In this document: piece by piece, positions 10,480 to 23,449 of the stretch
Position numbering within the stretch: the stretch's first letter is position 1
How the letters are laid out: each line of letters starts with the position of its first letter
Origin: Squalus acanthias
Taxonomy: Eukaryota
Length of the DNA stretch: 64,000 bases
Direction: 5' to 3'
Assembly: GCA_030390025.1 (NCBI GenBank)
Contig: CM059437.1
Coordinates: 54,684,001 to 54,748,000, forward strand
The notes under the pieces: model-generated
What the model was told of the DNA's origin: nothing
What the model saw: the letters and a program-made list of their open reading frames with translations, nothing else
Databases searched by the model: none
Translations under genes and position numbers: made by a program

Positions 10480-12992
10480 AGTCATCATGGGTGACTTTAA
10501 TTTACATATAGTTTGGGCTAACCAAATTAGTAAAAATACTGTGGAGGAGGAATTCCTAGAATGTTTACGAGATGGTTTTCTGGAACAATATGTCGAGGAA
10601 CCAACCAGCGATCAGGCCATCTTAGACTGGGTATTATGTAACAAGAAAGGATTAATTAGCAATCTTGTTGTACGATGCCCCTTGGGTCAGAGTGATCATA
10701 ATATGATAGAATTCTTCATTAGGATGGAGAGTGAAGTAGTTGAATCAGAGACTAGGGTCCTGAATTTAAATAAAGGAAACTACGATGGCATGAGGCGCGA
10801 ATTGGGTAGGATTGATTGGAGAATGTCACTCAAGGGGTTGACGGTGGATAGGCAATGGCAAACATTCAAAGACTGCATGGATGAACTATAGAATTTGTTC
10901 ATCCCAGTGTGGCATAAGAATAACACAAAAAGGGTGACTCAACCGTGGCTAACAAGGGAAATTAGGGATAGCATAAGATCCAAGGAGAGGGCATATAAAT
11001 TGGCCAGAAAAAGCGGTAGCCCTGAGGATTGGGAGCAGTTTAGGATTCAACAAAGGAGGACAAAGGGATTAATTAAGAAGGGGAAAATAGAATATGAAAG
11101 TAAATTTGCTGGGAACATAAAAACTGACTGTAAGAGCTTTTATAGATATGTGAAGAGAAAACGATTAGTGAAATCAAGTGTAGGTCCCTTGCAGTCAGAA
11201 GTGGGGGAAGTTATAATGGGGAACAAAGAAATGGCAGACCAATTAAATGCATATTTTGGTTCTGTCTTCACAAAGGAGGACACAAATAACCTCCCAGAGA
11301 TGTTGGAGAACATAGGGTCTGATGAAAGGGAGGAACTGAAAGAAATCAGTATTTGCAGGGAAATGGTGTTAGGGAAATTGATGGGATTGAAGGCCGATAA
11401 ATCCACAGGGCCTGATAATCTACATCCTAGGGTACTTAAGGAAGTGGCCCTAGAAATAGTAGATGCATTGCTGATCATCTTCCAACATTCGATGGAATCT
11501 GTAACTGTACCCATGGATTGGAGGATAGCTAATGTTACCACACTGTTCAAAAAGGGTGGTAGAGAGAAAGTGGGGAATTACAGACCGGTAAGCCTGACAT
11601 CGGTATTGGGGAAAATGCTAGAGTCCATAATAAAGGATGTAATAGCTGAGCACTTGAAAAACAGTGACAGGATCGGACAAAGTCAACATGGATTTACAAA
11701 AGGTAAATCGTGCTTGACTAATCTACTGGAATTTTTTGAGGATGTAACTGGGAAAATAGATAAGGGAGAACCAGTAGATGTGGTTTATTTGGACTTTCAA
11801 AAGGCTTTCGATAAGGTCCCGCATAAGAGATTAGCGTGTAAAGTTAAGGCACATGGGATTGGGGGCAAGGTATTGACTTGGATAGAGAACTGGTTGGCGG
11901 ACAGAAAGCAGAGAGTTGGAATTAATGGGTCTTTTTCCGAGTGGCAAGCAGTGACTAGTGGCGTACCGCAGGGATCGGTCCTTGGACCCCAGCTATTCAC
12001 AATATACATTAATGATCTAGATAAGGGAACTAAATGTAATATCTCCAAGTTTGCAGATGACACAAAGCTGGGTGGGAGTGTGTGCTGCGAGGAGGATACC
12101 GAGAAACTCCAGGATGATTTCGACAGGTTGGGTGAGTGGGCAGAAGCGTGGCAGATGCAATATAACGTGGATAAGTGCGAGGTTATCCACTTTGGTGTCA
12201 AAAACAGAAAGGCAGACTATTATCTGAATGGCAATAGATTGGGAGAAGGGGAAGTGCAACGAAACCTGGGTGTCCTTGTGCACCAGTCGCTGAAAGTAAT
12301 CATGCAGGTGCAGCAGGCGGTGAAGAAGGCAAATGGCATGTTGGCCTTCATAGCGAAAGGGTTTGAGTATAGGAACAGGGATGTCCTGCTGCAGTTGTAC
12401 AGGGCCTTGGTGAGGCCACAAATTGAGTACTGTGTGCAGTTTTGGTCGCCTTATCTGAGGAAGGATGTTCTTGCCATGGAAGGAGTTCAGCGAAGATTCA
12501 CAAGGCTGATACCTGGGATGGCAGGAATGACATATGAGGAGAGATTGGGTCGATTGGGCTTATACTCGCTGGAGTATAGAAGAATGAGAGGGGATCTCAT
12601 CGAAACATATAAAATTCTGACAGGTCTGGACAAACTAGATGCAGGAAGAATGTTCCCGATGGTCGGAGAGTCCAGAACCAGGGGTCATAATCTAAGGATA
12701 ACGGGTAAGCCAGTTAGGACAGAAATGAGGAAGAATTTCTTCACCCAGAGAGTGGTGAACCTGTGGAATTCTCTACCACAGAAGGTAGTTGAGGCCAAGT
12801 CATTAAATATATTCAAGAATGAGTTAGATATATTTCTTAAAGCTAAAGGTATCAAGGGATATGGGGAGAAGGCAGGTACAGGGTACTGAGTTTGGATGAT
12901 CAGCCATGATCTCATAGAATGGCGGAGCAGGCTCGAGGAGCCGAATATACCACTCCTGCTCCTATCTTCTATGTTTCTATCTATGTTTCTAT
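10480..12992 (+). mobile_element. 5'-truncated CR1 LINE inserted in Tx1 ORF1
   Basis: Starts within the EN domain (IIMGDFN). A 664-aa RT ORF spans 10895-12889. The tail is TCTATGTTTCTAT. The flanks rejoin as CTCGACC-TGGTTGA, as in copies B and C. Confidence 0.93.
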
Positions 12993-13661
12993 ACCTGGTT
13001 GATGGGTCTAGCGAAGGTCCCCGGTCAGCTGGGTCGGAGGATGGTGGCGGTGAAGGGGAAGGCCTGCTGACTCCAGCTCCGACGCTGGCGCCGGGGGTTT
13101 TGGGAGAACTGGCACTAATGTACTCCCCGGTTTCCCCGTGCACCCCGGTGCCGGGGACGGAGGGGGGCCCTGAGCCGCCGCCGCATCCTGACCTGGCGCC
13201 TCTGGAGGAGCCCAGGGAGGACTCCTCTGCCGCCGATCCTGGGGGTGGGATCGGGGCAGAGGTAGGGGCTGCTGATGGCGACCCCCCAGAGGAGGACGGG
13301 GACCCGGCGGAGGACACTAAGGATGACACGGACTCTGTCGCCAGCGAGGCAGCAGATGCCCTCATGACCCCCTCCGGGCCACCCCTCATCCCTGTTGTGG
13401 AACTCCGGGACTTTGTGGCCATGTGCCAGGGTCGCCAAGATATAATCCGGCTGGCCATTGATAAATGGTCGGATCTGGCGCTGCTCATTTGCCCTGTCCA
13501 TGCCGCCATCAAAACCATGGGCACAGATGGAGGCTTGGGCCCGGCCGAGCGGCGTCGGATCCGGAAGTTCCTCGCTGGGCTGAGAAGGGAGTGGCGGTCG
13601 ACTAGCAGCCGCGCTCCCTCCTCCCATTAGGGTTAGGTAGATGTTGCACTATGCTCTTGTC

Positions 13662-16600
13662 ATGAAGATAACCATAGCCTGCCTCAACATCAATGGCAGC
13701 AGAGAGGCACTCCGTAGATTTAATAACTTCTCGTTCCTTCGGGAAGGGAGGCATGCGGTGTGCTTCCTGCAGGAAACTCACACCGTTCCGGGAGACGAGG
13801 CCACGTGGCTCCTGGAGTGGCGAGGAGGGGTCAACATGAGTCACCTCTCCAACATTTCCGGCGGGGTGGCTATCTTGCTGGCCCCGCATTTTCAGCCGGA
13901 GATCTAGGGGGTCAAGGAGCATGTGCTGGGCCGCTTGCTCCAGGTCACTGTTCGCCTGGGGGGCGTGCAACTCCATTTAGTGAGCGTGTACGCCCCCAGG
14001 CCGGTGCGCAACAAGTGCGCTTCTTCGAAGAAGTGTCCGCTCTTCTGGGCACCATTGACGTCGGCGAGTGCGTCATCCTCGGGGGGGATTTTAATTGTAC
14101 CCTCGAGGTGAGGGACCAATCCGGTCCCCCGCAAAGCCTGGCGGCAACGGTGAAGTTCAGGAACCTGGTCGGGTCCCTCGATTTGGTGGACATCTGGCGG
14201 GATTTCCATCCCGACTCTCGCGCCTTCACTTGGGTGGGGTCTGGAGGAGGAAGGTCCAGAAACGACCGCCTTTATATTTCCCGGGCGTACGTTGGCTGCG
14301 TTCCGGCGGCTTCCATGCGGCCGGTGCCGTGCATGGACCACCTGGTGTGGGCAGAGCTCGCTCCATTGCGTGCACTGGGGGGGTCCGCGTACTGGCATTT
14401 TAACAACCTGCTGCTGGAGGACGGGCGGTTCCGGGTTTCGTTTCGTCGGTTCTGTGCCGACTGGAGAAGGAAGCAGGGGGGCTTCCCCTCCTTGAGGCTA
14501 TGGTGGGACGTGGGCAATGCTCATGTCCGTCTCTTCTGTCAAGAGTATGCGAGGGGGTCGACCAAGAGGCGGGAGGCCTGGGTCGGGCGGTTGGAGAGGG
14601 ACATGCTCGACCTGGAGTCCCGTCTCGATCAAGTCGTCGAAGACCCGGCACTGCGGAAGGTGTACGAAGAGAAGAAGGGTGCGCTGAAGGACCTGCAGTT
14701 CGTCGGGTCCCGAGGCGCGTACATGAGGTCGCGGATTCAGTTCCTCTGGGAACTGGACCACTGCTCCCCCTTCTTCTACTCGCTGGAAAAAAGACGGGGG
14801 GTCCGTAAGCAGCTCTTGGGGCTGCTGGCCGACGACGGATCTCTGATCTCGGATCCCCAGGGGATCAGCACGGAGACCCGGGCCTATTACAGGGCTCTGT
14901 TCTCTCCGGATCCATCCAGCGAGGATGCGCGCAGAGTCTTGTGGGAGGATCTGCCAAAGGTCGGCCCGGAGGGCGCCGAAAAATTGGACGCTCCACTAAG
15001 CTTGGGGAGCTGACCGGCGCCCTCGGACAGCTCTCGAGTGGAAAGTCCCCGGGGCTGGACGGGCTGACCGTGGAGTTCCACAGGGCATTCTGGGACGTCT
15101 TGGGGGCGACTACGTGTGGGTCCTGGGGGAAAGTCTGGGGACCGGGAAGATGCCCCTCTTTTGGTGCAGGGTGGTCATCGTCTTGCTGCCCAAGAGGGGT
15201 GATCACCGCCTCTTAAAAAACTGGTGCCCGTCTCCCTCCTCAGCACGGACTATAAAATTTTTGCCAGGGCCATGTCTGCGTGCCTTGGCACCATGCTGGC
15301 CTACATGATCCACCCCGACCAGTCCTACACGGTCCCGGGCCGGTCCATCCATGATAACATCCATCTCGTCCGGGATCTGGTCCACCTTTCCCAGAGGGCT
15401 GGTCTGTCGGTCGCCTTCCTTTCCCTGGATCAGGAGAAGGCGTTCGACAGGGTGGATCACGAGTATCTTTTCGGAACTCTGTGCGCATTCGGGTTCGGGA
15501 GGCACTTTGTTGACTGGATCCGACTTCTGTACTCCGCCGCGGAGTGTCTGATTAAAGTTAACGAGTCTTTGACGGTGCCCCTTCCCTTCGGGAAGGGGCT
15601 TCGTCAGGGATTCCCCATGTCTGGTCAGTTATACGCCGTTTGCGTGGAGCCTTTCCTATGCCTCTTGCGGAAGAGGTTGACGGGACTGTCTCTGCAAGGG
15701 CTAGGCGTGGAGGTCGTCCTCTCGGCTTACGCCAATGACGTGCTCCTCATGGTCACGGATCCCGTCGACTTGCGGAGGATGCGAGAATGCCAGCAGATTT
15801 ACTCGGATGCATCCTCCGCCAAGATCAACTGGGAGAAATGTTCTGGACTCCTGGTGGGCCAGTGGCGGGTGGACTCACTGTCGGAGGAGTTCAGGCACTT
15901 CACCTGGAGAACAAAGCATCTCCTCTACTTGGGAGTCTACCTCGGCCCTGCTGCGGACACCTGGCCGACGAACTGGCAAGAGCTGGAGGCCAAAGTCACC
16001 GCTCGCCTAGGACGCTGGACGGGGTTGCTCTGAGTGTTGTCCTACAGGGGTCGAGTGCTGGTCATAAACCAGCTGGTGGCCGCCATGTTGTGGTACTGGT
16101 TGGTCACTTTGATCCCTCCCCCTGCGTTTGTTGCCAAGATACAGAAGAAGCTCATCGACTTCTTCTGGGACAAAGGAAGCACTGGGTCTCTGCCACGGTT
16201 GTGTGTCTCCCACTTAGGGAGGGCGGTCAGGCGCTGGTACGCCTTCGCACCCAGGCGGTGACTTTCCGTCTTCAGACGCTGCAGAGATACCTTTCCGTCG
16301 AGAATCCTCCCAGATGGTGTGCGCTGGTGACGTATTTCTTCCGCCAGATGCACGGCCTCAACTATGACATGCAGCTCCTGTTTGTGGAATTCGGCCGCAC
16401 TGCGTGCCTACCTGTGGGAGCTGCCTGTCTTCTACCAGGAACTGCTATGGGTCTGGAACCAAGTCGCCTCCAGGCGGAATTCTCCCCCATCAGGAGTGGT
16501 GGCTCTCTTTCGGGAGCCGCTGCTCAGGAATCCGCACCTCCACGTCAGACGGATCGGGTGGCTGGCGGAGGGCAGGGCTGTGCCTGGAAAGCTGACCAGA

Positions 16601-17554
16601 GTCGGGGACCTGATCGATGGCGGAGGAGTGGGTTGGATGGCAGTGGAGGAGTTGGCGCAGTGCCTCTCCTGGGTCAACATCTGGCGCGCGGCCAAAGCCA
16701 TCGAGTCGCTGAAAGTGGCACGGGGCCCGGACTCCACTAGGTGTATCGAGGAGGCTCAAGCACGTGGGGCGATCCCGTCTCAACTGACCCCCAGTTCGGA
16801 CGGAATTCCTCATCGGCGCACGGCCCCAAAACCCCTCTCAGGAACCGACGCCTCACAACTTGAGCTGGCTCGGGGAAATGCCCTCCGTGCCCTTTAGTTC
16901 TGCACGGAGGGGTTTCCTGTACGGGCTGCTCCTGCACACTCTCCACTTTGCCATCTTCGCCTGCAGTCCGGACACGCCTTGGCGTGCCATCTTGTCATCC
17001 GGCGGAGGCAGAGGTCCCCAATGGAGGGCTCTCTATGTGGAATCCTCCCCTTTTCTATTGGGGACTTGGCCTGGAGGGTGTTGCACGGAGCAGTCCCGTG
17101 CAATCAGCTTTTAAGTAGTTTCACGGAATCCCAGGGCACCTGTCCTTTTTGCGGCCTGGAGGAGTCTGTTTTCCATGTGTATATAGAGTGCCAGAGGTTG
17201 CAGCTCCTGTTATATTATTTGAAGGGGCTGCTCCTCGGTTTTTGGTTGCACTTCAGTCCCACGCTCCTGATCTACGGTCACCCGGTGCGGAGGGGAGCGG
17301 ACAGGTCGGAGGACCACCTCGTAGGACTGCTCCTGGGCCTGGCCAAAGTGGCCATTAACAGGTCCAGGCAGAGGGCGGTCGAGGGGGTCGTTCGGCCCAA
17401 TTGCCTGCCTCTCTTCCGCGGCTATGTTTGTTTTCGGGTGGCCCTGGAGATGGAGCACGTGGTGACCGCTGGCACACTTGAAGCCTTCCGAGAACGGTGG
17501 GCACCGCGGGGACTGGAGTGCATCATCTACCCGGACAATGTAATTTTAATTTAA
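13662..17554 (+). pseudogene. Tx1 ORF2 (APE endonuclease, RT, C-terminal CCHC), disabled
   Basis: Motifs MKITIACLNINGSR, FLQETH, GGDFNC, LDQEKAFDRV, SAYANDV (YADD mutated) and CPFCGLEESVFHVYIEC. Multiple stops and frameshifts. Confidence 0.9.
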
Positions 17555-17760
17555 TGTGAAGAGTTTTAGTTGAAGTTCTGTTAATTTACAGTAGTTATAT
17601 GTTTACTCAAAAGAGTACAAGGCCTACAATTCAGAGCAGCTGAAGGCAGTTAATTAGGGGAACTTGATTAAACTGGTTCTCCTGTAGCAAGGACAGGGCC
17701 CAGCAAGCTCTTTTCTTTCAAGGCCTATAAAAAAAGACTTTGAAGAGCGATTTTGCTCCG

Positions 17761-17852
17761 AGTGCAGTTTCAACAGAATGCTGCGAGTTGGGTGAGTCAG
17801 GGAGTTAGGTGAGGAGTGGAAAGAGGAGCTCCCTTGCTTCGCCTTTGTTTTT
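17761..17852 (+). repeat. Direct repeat X, copy 0 (Tx1 to CR1 junction)
   Basis: AGTGCAGTTTCAACAG...CCTTTGTTTTT recurs at 45696, 53118 and 60494. It starts 35 nt after TATAAAA (17726). Confidence 0.85.
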
Positions 17853-20800
17853 CCTAACTTTTCACCCTGTAGGAATTGGTTCTTACATTACATCAAGGAA
17901 ACAGTGCAAGAGCGGGAGCAGTCAAACAAACACAACTGCGAAACTGCTGAAGTGACATCACATCCAGAGAAGGAGCTGATTGGAAATTAGGACCTGGTGA
18001 GTATTTCCACAGTCCAGTCGTTAAAGTCAAAGAAAGATCTCTAGTTTAGAGTAAGTTGTGTTTAAACGGAAGTAAGGTCCCGAGTGTATTTAATATTTTT
18101 TAACTTAAAGGGAGTAAAGGGAGGAAATTAAGGGTAGGACATGGCAGGGCAGCTCGGCTGCATGGAGTGCTCCTCCTGTGCTATGTGGGAAGTCAGGGAC
18201 ACTTTCGGTGTCCAGGGGCAAACACATGTGCAGGAAGTGTCTCCAGCTGCAGCTACTCGAAATCCACGTTTCGGAGGTGGAGCTGTGGCTGGAGTCACTG
18301 TGGAGCATCCGCGAAGCTGAGATCTTCACGGATAGCACGTTTAATGAGGTGGTCACACCGCAGGTAAAGAGTGCACAGGCAGACAGGAAATGGGTGACCG
18401 CTAGACAAAGTAAAAGAACTAGGAAGGTAGTGCAGGAGTCCCCTGGGTCCATTTCACTCTCCGACAGATTTTCCGTTTTGGATACTGCTGGGGGAGATGG
18501 TTTCTCAGGGGAATGCAGCAAGAGCCAAGCCCGTGGCACTATAAGTGGCTCAGCTGCACAGGAGCGGAGAAAAAGGAGTGGGAGAGCAATAGTGACAGGG
18601 GATTCTCTCGTAAGGGCAACAGATAGACGTTTCTGTGGCCGCAGACGTGACTCCAGGATGGTATGTTGCCTCCCTGGTGCCAGGGTCAAGGATGTCACTG
18701 AACGGCTGCAGGGCATTCTGAAGGGGGAGGGCGAACAGTCAGAGGTCGTGGTTCACATTGGTACCAACTACATGGGTAGAAAGAGGGATGAGGTCCTGCA
18801 ACAAGAATTTAGGGAGCTAGGTAGCAGATTAAAAAGCAGGATCTCAAAGGTTGTAAACCCTGGATTACTGCCGGTGCCACGTGCTAGTGAGTATAGGAAT
18901 AGCAGGATAGAGCAGATGAATGCATGGCTAAAGAGCTGGTGCAGGAGTGAGGGCTTTAGATTCCTGGATCACTGGGTCTGCTTCTGGGGAAGGTGGGACC
19001 TGTAAAAGTCGGACGGGTTGCACCTGAACCGGAACGGAACCAGCATGCTTGTGGGGAGGTTTGCTAGTACTGTTGTGGGGGGGGGGGGTGGAGGGTGAAA
19101 CTAACTTGGCAGGGGGATAGGATACGGAGTGGACCTATAGTAGGGGGTGATGCACAGACAAATATAAAGGAAAAAACAAGTCAGCCTGGAAGGCAGAGCA
19201 AATATGTAATGGCACAAGGGAGTATGGCAAGGCTGGATGTCTTGCGAGTAAGGCAGATGAATTGAAGGTGTTGATGAACACATGGGAGTATGATATTGTT
19301 GCTATCACAGAGACATGGTTGAGGGAGGGGCAGGACTGGCAGCTCAATATTCCGGGGTATAGAATCTTCAGGCGAGACAGAGGTGGGTGTAAAAGAGGAG
19401 GGGTTGTCGCAATATTAATCAAGGAGTCAATTACTGCTGTAAGGAGGGATGATATCTAAGCAGGTTCCTCTAATGAGGCCATATGGGCAGAACTTAATAA
19501 CAAAAAGGGGGCAAGCATATTGCTGGGAGTGTACTATAGGCCCCCAAACAGTCAGGGGGAGATACAGGAACAGATATGTAGGCAAATATCAGAGAAGTGT
19601 AGAAATAATAGGGTAATAATAGTTGAGGATTTCAACTGCAACAATATTAACTGGGATAGTCAGAGTGTGAAAGGCTTAGAGGGTGCGGAATTCTTAAAGT
19701 GCATCCAGGAGAGCTTTCTGAGCCAGCATGTAGAATATCCTACAAGAGAGGGGGTGGTATTGGAACTAATTCCAGGGAATGTAGCCGGGGAAGTGGTAGA
19801 AGTGTCAGTAGGAGAGCATTTTGGTGACAGTGACCACAATTCGGTGAGATTTAAGGTCGTCATGGATAAGGACAAAGATGGACCGGAAATAAAGGTTCTA
19901 AATTGGGGGAAGGCCGATTTTAATATGATAAGGCAGGATCTGGCCAAAGTGGACTGGGATCAGCTACTTGTAGGAACATCCACATCAGAGCAGTGGGAGT
20001 CTTTCAGAAAGGAAATAGAGAGAGTACAACGCCAACATGTTCCCATAAAGGTCAAGGGTGGGACCAACAAACCCAGGGATCCCTGGATGTCAAGGGATAT
20101 ACAAGAATGGATTAGGGAAAAAAGGGAGGCTTTTGGCAGATACAAAGGAGTTAAAACAGTGGAAGCCCTGGAGGAATATAGAAAGTGCAGGGGGGTACTT
20201 CAAAAAGAAATTAGGAGAGCGAAGAGGGGGCATGAAAAAACAATAGCGGGCAAAATAAAGGAAAATCCCAAGGTGTTTTCTAAGTATATAAAGGGAAACA
20301 GGATAACCAGGGAAAGAGTAGGGCCCATTAGGGACCAAAGTGGCAATCTGTGTGTAGAGCCAGAAGATGTAGGTGAGGTTTTAAATGAATATTTTACTTT
20401 TGTGTTCACTATGGAGAAGGACGATGTAGGCATAGAAATCAGGCAGGGGGATTGTGATACAATTGAACAAATTAGCATTGAGAGGGAACAAGTACTTGCG
20501 GTTTTAGCAGACTTAAAAGTGGATAAATCCCCAGGCCCTGACGAGATGTATCCCAGGCTGCTGTGTGAGGCAAGGGAGGAGATTGCAGGGGCTCTGACAC
20601 AAATTTTCAGAACCACTCTGGATACAGGGGAGGTGCCAGAGGACTGGAGGACAGCTAACGTAGTACCTTTATTCAAGAAGTGTAGTAGGGATAAACCAGG
20701 GAATTGCAGGCCAGTGAGCCCAGCATCAGTGGTAGGGAAATCATTGGAACAATTCTGAGGGACAGAATTAGTCTCCACTTGGAGAGGCAAGGATTAATCA

Positions 20801-22045
20801 AGGGTACTCAGCATGGCTTTGTCAGGGGAGATCATGTCCAACCAATTTGATTGAATTTTTCGAGGGGGTGACAAGGTCCGTGGATGAGGGTAGTACAGTT
20901 GATGTAGTCTACATGGACTTCAGTAAGGCTTTTGACAAAGTCCCGCATAGGAGACTGGTCAAGAAGGTAAGAGCCCATGGGATCCAGGGCAATTTGGCAC
21001 ATTGGATCCAAAATTGGCTTCGTGGCAGGAGGCAGAGGGTGATGGTCGAAGGTTGTTTTGTGACTGGAAACCTGTGTCCAGTGGTGCACCGCAGGGATCG
21101 GTGCTGGGTCCTTTGCTGTTTGTAGTGTACATTCATGATTTAGATATGAATGTAGGAGGTATGATCAGTAAGTTCGCAGATGACACGAAAATTGGTGGAG
21201 TGGTAAATAGCGAGGAGGGACGCTTCAGGCTACAGGATGATATAGACGGGTTGATTAGATGGGCAGAACAGTGGCAAATGGAATTTAACCCTGAAAAGTG
21301 TGAGGTGATGCATTTTGGGAGGACTAACAAGGCAAGGGAATACACAACGAATGGTAGGACCCACTGAAGTACAGAGGATCAGAGGACCTTGGTGTGAATG
21401 TACATAGATCCCTGAAGGCAACAGGCCAGGCAGATAAGGTGGTTAAAAAGGCATATGGGATACTTGCCTTCATTAGCTGAGGCATAGAATGTAAGAGCAG
21501 GGAGGTTATGATGTAGCTGTACAAAACGCTAGTTAGGCCACAGGAGGGATGTGATTGCATTGGAGAGGGTGCAGAGCAGATTCACCAGAATGTTACCTGG
21601 GCTGGAGCGCTTCAGCTAACAAGAGAGACTGGACAGGCTGGGGTTGTTTTCCTTCGAGCAGAGAAGGCTGAGGGGGGACCTGACAGAGGTGTACAAAATT
21701 ATGAGGGGCATAGATAGGGTAGATAGAAAGGAACTTTTCCCCTTCGTATAGGGGTCGATAAACAGGGGCCATAGTTTCAAGTTAAGGGGCAGGAGGTTTA
21801 GAGGGGATTTGAGGAAAATATTTTTCACCCAGAGGGTGGTTGGAATCTTAAACTCACTGCCTGAAAGGGTGATAGAGGCAGGAGCCATCACAACATTCAA
21901 GAAGCATTTAGATGAGCACTTGAAACGCCGTACCATACAAGGCTACGGACCAAATGCTGGACAATGGGATTAGAATAAACGGGGCTTGATGGCCGGTGCG
22001 GACACGATGAGCCGAAGGGCCTCTTTCTGTGCTGTATAACTCAAT
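17853..22045 (+). mobile_element. Near full-length CR1 LINE with 5' UTR, ORF1 and ORF2 (disabled)
   Basis: ORF1 starts at 18141. ORF2 has EN (AITETW) and RT (FADD) motifs broken by stops and frameshifts. The 3' end reads CTGTGCTGTATAACTC. A paralogue lies at 60585-64000. Confidence 0.9.
18141..19104 (+). pseudogene. CR1 ORF1 (Cys-rich zinc finger, coiled coil, SGNH/GDSL esterase-like domain)
   Basis: CSSCAMW...CRKCLQLQLL, IVTGDSLVR, VHIGTN and DGLHLN blocks. Frameshift near 18215 and a stop at 19003. Confidence 0.85.
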
Positions 22046-22938
22046 GGGGTAAAAATTCACTTGGTTGCGCCTCCCGTTAGCGCCTTAAGAGGGCGCTAAT
22101 GGGGCGCAAAGCCGCTAACGCCCGGGCGCAGCGATGTTTGCGCCGCTCGAGAACTTAACTTGAGATTGTGCGGCGGCGCTAAAACTTACCGCTGCGACCA
22201 CCTGCGCGCGCAGATTGTGACGTCATTCCATGGTGCAACGCCCTTGTGGCGCCCCGGAGCGGAAATTGAGTGGCGCCCCCTGCCTTACCGCCTGGCGCAT
22301 CCAACGACCAGAAGACTGGAACGCTATCAATCGGTGTGGGGCTGGGGGGGGCGCTATTTAAAGAGGGCCTCTTCCTGTCTTTTATTGTTGGTGGCATTTT
22401 TGAACTACGCATTCTGAGAGAGAGAGGGAGAGACTTCTGAAGAGATTCAACGTTGTGTGAAGGAGTTTTTGGTACTGAGCAGCACTTTGCAGGTTCATTT
22501 TGATTTGCCATTCCTTGTATCGATTTAGCAGAGACTGTGGGAGCTGCACTCTGAGCTCTTTGCCTGGTACTCTCCATTGTTCTTTCCAGCACATTTGATG
22601 TGCAAGTCTCTCCAGGCCGAGATTCAAGGCTGCAATGAACAGGATGTGGATGGAAAGCAAGATTAACCATCCCCTTTAAGAACTGGCCCGTGCCATTGTG
22701 TGTGTGTTCCATTGCTGACTGACATTACATGAGCTTCGCCAGCGCTCTGAGTTAGCGCCTCACTCCTTGGCCTTTGCGCCTTAAGACAGGTGTGCAGCGC
22801 CTGATTTAGTGCTCCACTCACCTCCTGGGGCGGTAAAAGTGAAGTTTCCAGTCAGTGCCGATAATTAGCGCCAGGCGCTAATATTTGCGTCCAGACGATA
22901 TTTGCGCCCCAAATGGGGCGCGACCTAATTTTTACCCC
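22046..22938. mobile_element. ~890-bp Harbinger-like MITE, copy 2 (inverted relative to copy 1)
   Basis: Same TIRs as copy 1. The internal sequence is nearly identical to the reverse complement of 5814-6707. Confidence 0.85.
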
Positions 22939-22989
22939 TAAGTCTATTGTTTCCGTCAAGAAATGTTAAACTTTTGTCACCCATCGTGT

Positions 22990-23447
22990 CTGTAAGCTCG
23001 CTATTCCGACTGATTTCACAGATTTTACTTGCAATGTGCAGAATATCACGAAGAATAAAACCTCATTATTTCGTCATATTTGTAAAGTTGCTATGGATTG
23101 GTACACAGATATCGGACAGAAAAGAATAACAGCACCTGAGATGGAGGAGTAATTTTATTACACTGTGGTATTTGTAACGTTACACTGAAACTTTGATCAG
23201 TGCAGGGTGAACACTCGGTAAAATACAGACAGCGGCATGCAGCGGACAAACAGCACATCTGTTGTCATTTGAATTGTTCCACGTACAATCAAACATGTAA
23301 TGTCCGAATACGGAATATATTTCAAAGAAATTTTACGAATGGCATAATAGATCAATACATTAGATTCTTCAATTAGATACAGCTGGATTTCGCGATACTT
23401 GATTGAAGCGGGTTTGCCTGAGTCTCGTGTTTAACCACGCAGGATAC
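22990..23447 (-). pseudogene. Remnant of a second Ig light-chain cluster: C-exon 3' end, 3' UTR and 3' flank
   Basis: The reverse strand of 23447-23373 encodes SCVVKHETQANPLQSSIAKSSCI*, versus TCVVKHESQANPLQTSIARSSCM* in the intact gene. 22990-23372 aligns to 34440-34827. Confidence 0.9.
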
Positions 23448-23449
23448 AC

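Larger units (their letters stand above)
516..13630 (+). pseudogene. Tx1 ORF1 (gag-like, CCHC knuckle), split into three pieces and frameshifted
   Basis: MASTSLPV...HPNMTIE (516-680) resumes as ACVKAMAG at 9173. The knuckle CHAWKEVGHIRKNCP has lost one Cys. The C-terminus ...RREWRSTSSRAPSSH* ends at 13630. Confidence 0.85.
1..17760 (+). mobile_element. Tx1-group (L1 clade) non-LTR retrotransposon, copy A; 5' end lies outside the window; interrupted by a hAT element (681-9164) and a CR1 (10480-12992)
   Basis: Segments 1-680, 9165-10479 and 12993-17760 are collinear with the uninterrupted copies at 45789-53117 and 53211-60493. ORF1 has a zinc knuckle and ORF2 has APE-RT-CCHC domains. Confidence 0.9.

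Noticed and set aside
10895-12889. 664-aa RT ORF as an active or domesticated gene
   Set aside because: It belongs to a 5'-truncated CR1 that lacks most of the EN domain and has an upstream stop. It is an ordinary young insertion.
12685-13627. Long GC-rich antisense and alternative-frame ORFs across the Tx1 copies
   Set aside because: These are shadow frames of GC-rich TE coding sequence and are not consistently open among the three copies.
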